This document shows, piece by piece, positions 57,624 through 64,000 of a stretch of DNA of 64,000 bases. Made by a program: the position numbers and the translations under genes. How positions within the stretch are numbered: the first letter of the stretch is position 1; each line of letters opens with the position of its first letter. This stretch comes from Candidatus Sericytochromatia bacterium (GTDB lineage Bacteria; Cyanobacteriota; Sericytochromatia; UBA7694): positions 18,753 to 82,752 of the forward strand of contig JADMKE010000003.1 in NCBI GenBank assembly GCA_018780035.1, in the 5' to 3' direction. The notes beneath the pieces are model-generated. The model was not told where the DNA came from. It ran no database searches and saw only the letters and a program-made list of their open reading frames with translations.

Positions 57624-60299
57624 TTAATCTGTGGTGAGTGTGGTTGGGGCCCCGGCCACCACCAAGGTGCAGGCCGCAGGCATAAGATGTTTTTGGGCCG
57701 CAGCTTGAATCGACTCAGGGGTGAGTGATTCCAAGCGCTGCCAATGGTCTTCTAAATGTTTCTCGGGCCAGGCGTAGATTTCACGCTGCAGCAAAAAACC
57801 GACACGCTGGTCGTTGGTTTCAAAGCGGAAAGGCAATCGCCCGCTGAGATAGGCACGGGACCGGTCCAATTCCAATTGGCTAATTCCGTCATTTAAGAGC
57901 TTTTCGACTTCTTCGCGCATGGCTTTGAGGCCGGGGGCCACCCCTTCTGGACGGGTTTCCATCCAGGCCATAAAGACGCCGGGGTAAAGACCGGCGCTGC
58001 CCGTAATTGACGCTCCTGCACTGTAAGCCAGGCCCTCTTGCTCGCGCAAACGAGCTGGCAAGCGTGAGGTAAAACCAGGGCCTGCTCCCAAGACCAAGTC
58101 GAGAATCTGCAAGGCGGCAAAATCGCTGTGGCGACGATCCACCCCCAAATGGCCCCAATAGACTTGGCATTGTTCTTTGCCTGGCAAATGAATTTGCTGA
58201 TACGAAGGGGTCTTTTGGCGCTGGGGCAGGGGATAGAGGGGGGCGATGCCTTTGGCCGGAGAAAAATCGTGCCAAATTTCGGCGAGTTGGGCCAGGGTCT
58301 CTTTGGCAGAAACTGCGCCCGACAGGGCCAAAATTGCCCCCTGAGAGCCGTACCAGGTCTGGTAAAACTGGCGCACATCTTTTGCCTGCAGCGGTTTGAC
58401 ACTGCTGATCATACCACTTTCGGGTCTTGAGGCCGGAAAATCGCCATAGATTGACTTGTAAAAGGCCCGACTGGCCAAATACGAGGCCTGTTCTTCAGCG
58501 GCTTCGAGGTCGGTCAAGATCAGGCGTTTTTCACGCAAGATTTCGACTTCGTCCAAAGCCGGTGAGCCCAAAATTTCGCGCATCAAATGCAAAGCTGTGT
58601 CTTGATGTTTGGCCAAAATTTCGAAACTCAAAAAACTGCCACTCAGGCCAGTTGCCACACTCAAGCTGCCGCCCAATGATTCCAAATAGCGTGAGAGGGC
58701 CACACCGGGTTTGGCTTGGGTGCCTTTGATCAGGACCGAGGCGGTCAGATTGGCCAGTCCCTGCTGTTTGATGGGGTCGTGCAGGCTTCCGGCGGGCCAA
58801 AAGACCTCCATAGACAGGGTGGGAATGCGTATGTTTTCGTGCACCAAAAGCGTCATACCATTGGGCAAAGACAGCCTTTCGGCATGTAAGCTCGGAAACC
58901 AGAGATGGGGGGCGGGCAGGGGTCTTTCGGTAAAATTCATGCTGCGATGGGCCTGGGGCCGGGAGTGGGTACGATCGGCCAGGGGCGCTGCCGAGGATTC
59001 CCCTGCTTGATCGGGGTCAGAATGTTCGGGCAAGAGCCAACCCACAGTGCGGCGCTCTGCTGCCAACCAGCTTGAGGCCACGCGGGTGATATCTTCCACT
59101 TTAACAGCCTGAATCTGGGGCACAAAATCATGAATCAATTGCCAACGGGCCAAACTTGCCAACTCACCCAGCACCTCGGCCTGATCTTCAGCGGTTTCTT
59201 GACTGAGATAAAAGTCGGTCAACATCTGGTTTTGGGCCTTGGTTAAATGGGAAAAATCCCACTCTCCGTTTTGGACTTGGGCCAAGGCCTTAAAAAGTGC
59301 GGCTTCGGTCTGGGCCAAGGGAATGCCTGTATGGCCATCCACTGCAATCCAAAACAGATAGGGCTGTTCGGTTTCAAAACAAGCGGCGTCGATATCCGTG
59401 GCGACTTGCTCCTCTTCCACCAAGGTTTGATAAAGCAGTGAGCTGAGGCCTTCGGCCAGGATGTACTGCAACAAACTCAGGGCATAATAATCGGGATGGG
59501 TCAAGGCTGGCGCGGGCCAAGCGACGACCAAACGCGGCAGGGTCACATCGGCCTGGGTCAAACTGACCCGGCGTTCAGCATTTTGCAGCGGTTCCGCTTG
59601 GTATTGGCGCGGCGGCAATTTACCTGCGGGCAGGGCCTCAAAATAGTGTTTGACCCGTTCAAGCGCCAACTCGGGTTGAATATCGCCGACGATCACCAGG
59701 GTCGCATTGTTGGGGTGGTACCAGTTTTGGTAATAGCTCCGCAATTCTTCGGGGCTGAGGTTTTGAATATCTTTGACCCAGCCCAACACCGGATTGCGGT
59801 AGGCGTGTGTGGTTAAGGCGGCCTGGGTCACGGCCTCCCAGAGGTTTTCTTCGGGATCGTCTTTGGACGTGCGCCACTCTTCGAGAATCACCTGGCGCTC
59901 AGCTTCGATCTCGATCGGATCAAGCAGGCAATTTAACATGCGGTCGGCTTCAATTTCGAGTGCAATTTCCCAGCGGTCCGAGGCAAAATTAAAATAATAT
60001 GCGGTATTGTCAATCCAGGTATAGGCGTTGTTTTCGCCCCCACCTGAAAGGGTCAGTCGGTCGATTTCGCCCCGTGGAAAAAGCCGGGTGCCTTTAAACA
60101 GCATATGCTCCAAAAAATGAGAGACCCCGGTGGGCGAGCCCGCTTCATTGCCTGAACCCGTGTGATACCAAATCATGACCGTGACGACAGGCAGGGCTGA
60201 GTCGGCTTTGAGTAAAACACGCAAACCGTTGTCCAGGTGGCTTTCTTGGACATCGGCAAAAAGGTCAGTAGGAGAAGGGGATTCAGGCATTAGACTCAT
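57624..60299 (-). CDS. M16 family zinc metallopeptidase (pitrilysin/insulinase-like, two tandem M16 units)
   Basis: Inverted zinc motif HFLEHMLFKGT. Roughly 890 aa spanning two halves. Start taken at MSLMPESP; the ORF-track GTG start at 60347 is an alternative. Confidence 0.75.
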   Translation of the reverse strand: MSLMPESPSPTDLFADVQESHLDNGLRVLLKADSALPVVTVMIWYHTGSGNEAGSPTGVSHFLEHMLFKGTRLFPRGEIDRLTLSGGGENNAYTWIDNTAYYFNFASDRWEIALEIEADRMLNCLLDPIEIEAERQVILEEWRTSKDDPEENLWEAVTQAALTTHAYRNPVLGWVKDIQNLSPEELRSYYQNWYHPNNATLVIVGDIQPELALERVKHYFEALPAGKLPPRQYQAEPLQNAERRVSLTQADVTLPRLVVAWPAPALTHPDYYALSLLQYILAEGLSSLLYQTLVEEEQVATDIDAACFETEQPYLFWIAVDGHTGIPLAQTEAALFKALAQVQNGEWDFSHLTKAQNQMLTDFYLSQETAEDQAEVLGELASLARWQLIHDFVPQIQAVKVEDITRVASSWLAAERRTVGWLLPEHSDPDQAGESSAAPLADRTHSRPQAHRSMNFTERPLPAPHLWFPSLHAERLSLPNGMTLLVHENIRIPTLSMEVFWPAGSLHDPIKQQGLANLTASVLIKGTQAKPGVALSRYLESLGGSLSVATGLSGSFLSFEILAKHQDTALHLMREILGSPALDEVEILREKRLILTDLEAAEEQASYLASRAFYKSIYGDFPASRPESGMISSVKPLQAKDVRQFYQTWYGSQGAILALSGAVSAKETLAQLAEIWHDFSPAKGIAPLYPLPQRQKTPSYQQIHLPGKEQCQVYWGHLGVDRRHSDFAALQILDLVLGAGPGFTSRLPARLREQEGLAYSAGASITGSAGLYPGVFMAWMETRPEGVAPGLKAMREEVEKLLNDGISQLELDRSRAYLSGRLPFRFETNDQRVGFLLQREIYAWPEKHLEDHWQRLESLTPESIQAAAQKHLMPAACTLVVAGAPTTLTTD

Positions 60300-60414
60300 G
60301 ATTGCAACAGTATACCGCAATTGGAGGGGGCGGGCCTGTGATCGCACTTTTGCGCATTTTTGGATTTAGCGGGTACAATGAAGTAATTTCACAGAATCAA
60401 GAGGGTGCCTTTTT

Positions 60415-62402
60415 ATGAGTCAAACGCAGCCATCCAGACAAGGACAGGCCGGTTTCCGCATTGGTGAACTGCTGGTACGCGAAGGCTATCTCACCATGGA
60501 TGCCCTGAACAAAGTCCTGGCGATTCAAAAGCAGCAAAAAGAGGCCCTGAGCGGTGAATACAAGCCCTTCGGACAGATTTGTCTGGAGCTGAAACTGATC
60601 ACCCGTGAAGAGTTACAGCGCTTTCTGAAAAAATACAATAAACGCATTTACCTGGGTGAATTGCTCGTGAATATGGGACTGATCACGATCAAACACGTGG
60701 ACCTGATTCTCAACCAACAAAAACAAAGTGGCAAACGCTTTGGTGAGCTTTTGGTGGAACAGAAAATCATCACCGAATCCCAATTGACCGACGCCCTTTC
60801 GACCCAATTGGATGTGCCCAAAATTATCCCTTCGCTGCAATTGATGGATCGCTCTCTGATGGACGGTATGTCTGAGCAATTTGTGCGCTCCAATCAGTTT
60901 TTGCCAGTCTACAAAGAGGGTGACCAACTCACGGTTGTGATGGCCGACCCTGCCAATCAGGATCTGGTCAAAGAACTGGAACACCAATTGCAATTGCGGA
61001 TTGCCCCCGCCATTGCCCCTGCCTCTGAAATTTCCCGCACGATCAACGAGTATTATCACAGTTCGACCTCGATCGACAAAAAAATGGATCCGAATTTGGA
61101 GCAGGTCAAACTCGAAGGCATTCAGCCCGAAGCAGAAGACAAAGTCAGTTCTCAAGACAATTCAGCGGCCATTGCCAATTTCTTGATCTCCAATGCCATG
61201 AAAGACCGGGCCTCGGATATTCACGTCGAACCCCAAGAAAAATATATCCGCATCCGCTACCGCATCGACGGCGTTTTGCACCACAAAACCGACCTGCCCA
61301 GCAATTTGGGCCCGGCCCTGGTCACCCGCCTGAAAAAGGTCTGCCGCCTCAATCCCGACGATGTCAAAGCCTATCAAGATGGGCGTGTGGTCGGAGATAT
61401 TGCTGGCAGCAAGATCGAAATCCGGGTCTCGACCTATCCCAGCATCTGGGGCGAAAACGTCGTGATTCAACTGCAGGACAAAGAGAGCACCTTCCAAGAT
61501 CTGCTCTTAAATATGGACCGCACAGGCTTTTCGCCGCTGTATATCCAGCGCTACCAAAAGATCCTCAACCAACCCGGTGGAATTGTGATTGTGACCGGCC
61601 CTGCCAATACCGGCAAAACCACCACACTCTACGCTTCAATCAATTATCTCAATCAGCAAAACCGCTCGATTATCACGGCCGAAGACCCAATTGAACGTCC
61701 CGTGCCAGGCACCGTTCAAGGGGCTTATAACCCCGAATCGGGCATCAGCTACGCAGAGATGATTCTGGCCATGTTGAAACAGGATCCAGATATTCTCGTG
61801 GTGGGTGAAGTCAAAGACAAAGCCACCATGGGTGCGGTGGTTGAAGCGGCACTTTCGGGCTCCAAGGTGCTCACCACCTACCCGGCCTTTGACGCCACCG
61901 GCGCGCTTTTGCGCCTGATGAATCTGGGCCTGGAAGACTATTTGATCGCCTCCAGCAATATCACAGTCATGAACCAGCGTTTGGTACGCCGCCTCTGTGA
62001 TTCTTGTAAAGCCACTTACACCCCCAAGAAAGAAACCTTTAATCTCTTGGGACTGGTCGATGTCGATCCCTCTTCTTATGAGTTTTACCGGCCAGTGGGT
62101 TGCCCCGAGTGCAGCCAACACGGCTTTAAAGGCCAGACCGCGATTCATGAATTGCTGCAGATCAACGAAGCGATTCGTGAGGCCCTGATCGAGCGCAAGC
62201 CCGCCGCCACCATTCGCGGGATTGCCCGAACCGAAGCCAAATTGGTGAGCATGGCCGAAGACGGGCTCTATAAAGCAATCGAAGGCATGACCTCGGTCGA
62301 AGAAGTCCAGCGCGTGGCCTTTGTCAATGAATACGACTCTCAAACCCCTTGGGAAGCTGAAGAGATCTACCAGATCTGTTCTGGCCTGGAACCCGAATAC
62401 CT

Positions 62403-62406
<4 letters not shown>
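60415..62406 (+). CDS. GspE/PilB-family ATPase with N-terminal tandem MshEN-type (c-di-GMP-binding) motifs
   Basis: N-terminal RIGELLVREGYLTMDALNKVLAIQ, YLGELLVNMGLITIKHVDLILNQQ and RFGELLVEQKIITESQLTDALSTQ match the MshEN consensus RLGxxLVxxGLIxxxxLxxxLxxQ. Walker A GPANTGKTTT, EDPIER, Walker B DILVVGEVKD. The His-box position reads TTYPAFD, so the His is absent. Tetracysteine CDSC...CPEC. Confidence 0.8.

Positions 62407-64000
<1,594 letters not shown>

Noticed and set aside
61636-62343. 235 aa minus-strand ORF antisense to the MshEN-GspE ATPase
   Set aside because: A shadow frame opposite clear Walker motifs.

Overview
This 64 kb window is bacterial chromosomal DNA of roughly 55% GC. It is densely coded on both strands, and I see no rRNA, tRNA, CRISPR array, transposase or integrase. 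I call about 47 CDSs (46 complete, one partial at the window end), plus an 8.2 kb operon, three intrinsic terminators, three repeats and one AT-rich tract.

**Hydrogenase operon (228-8392, minus strand).** One tightly translation-coupled operon encodes a group 3b (sulfhydrogenase-type, NADP-coupled) [NiFe]-hydrogenase. Order of transcription is: beta subunit, a stand-alone cNMP-binding protein, gamma, delta, alpha, then the proton-translocating transhydrogenase PntAA/PntAA2/PntB, the hydrogenase endopeptidase, and an unusual HypA that lacks its zinc-finger. Downstream of it is the N-terminus of a PEP-synthase-family gene.

**Signalling genes.** After carA-carB (carB lacks the C-terminal allosteric domain) come two ATGA-coupled receptor Ser/Thr kinases. 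Each has an N-terminal kinase domain, one TM helix and a periplasmic Cache-type sensor. The second kinase has a degenerate catalytic loop (HRE) and Gly loop, so it is a likely pseudokinase. A Castor/Pollux-like channel with tandem RCK domains follows. Further along is a 1992 aa multi-kinase with Ser/Thr kinase, STAND ATPase, TPR, GAF, histidine kinase and receiver domains.

**Accessory-looking region (18.5-37 kb).** This holds a minus-strand operon of poorly characterised genes: TPR/coiled-coil, APH-like phosphotransferase, LysM plus a putative Cys-His hydrolase, and an NmrA-like reductase. A 535 bp extremely AT-rich tract sits in front of an 869 aa lipoprotein. That lipoprotein has tandem Ig-like repeats, a 27-residue poly-Gly linker (a GGN microsatellite) and a C-terminal DUF3494 ice-binding-like domain. 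A GNAT acetyltransferase overlaps a Cry-DASH photolyase convergently, and an Upf1-like SF1B helicase precedes a block of low-complexity hypotheticals.

**GspE/PilB-family ATPases (50-62 kb).** There are two orphan secretion-type ATPases with no platform, pilin or secretin genes nearby. One carries isosteric catalytic substitutions (EDP to ENP in the Asp box, GE-hR-D to SQLD in Walker B). The other carries tandem MshEN-type c-di-GMP-binding motifs and lacks the His-box histidine. Also here are a triple glycine-zipper repeat protein, a CAP-domain lipoprotein, and a CcdA, glycosyltransferase and methyltransferase cluster.

**Housekeeping.** Proline dehydrogenase, a sugar nucleotidyltransferase, an FAD reductase, an M16 peptidase and aroB close the window.
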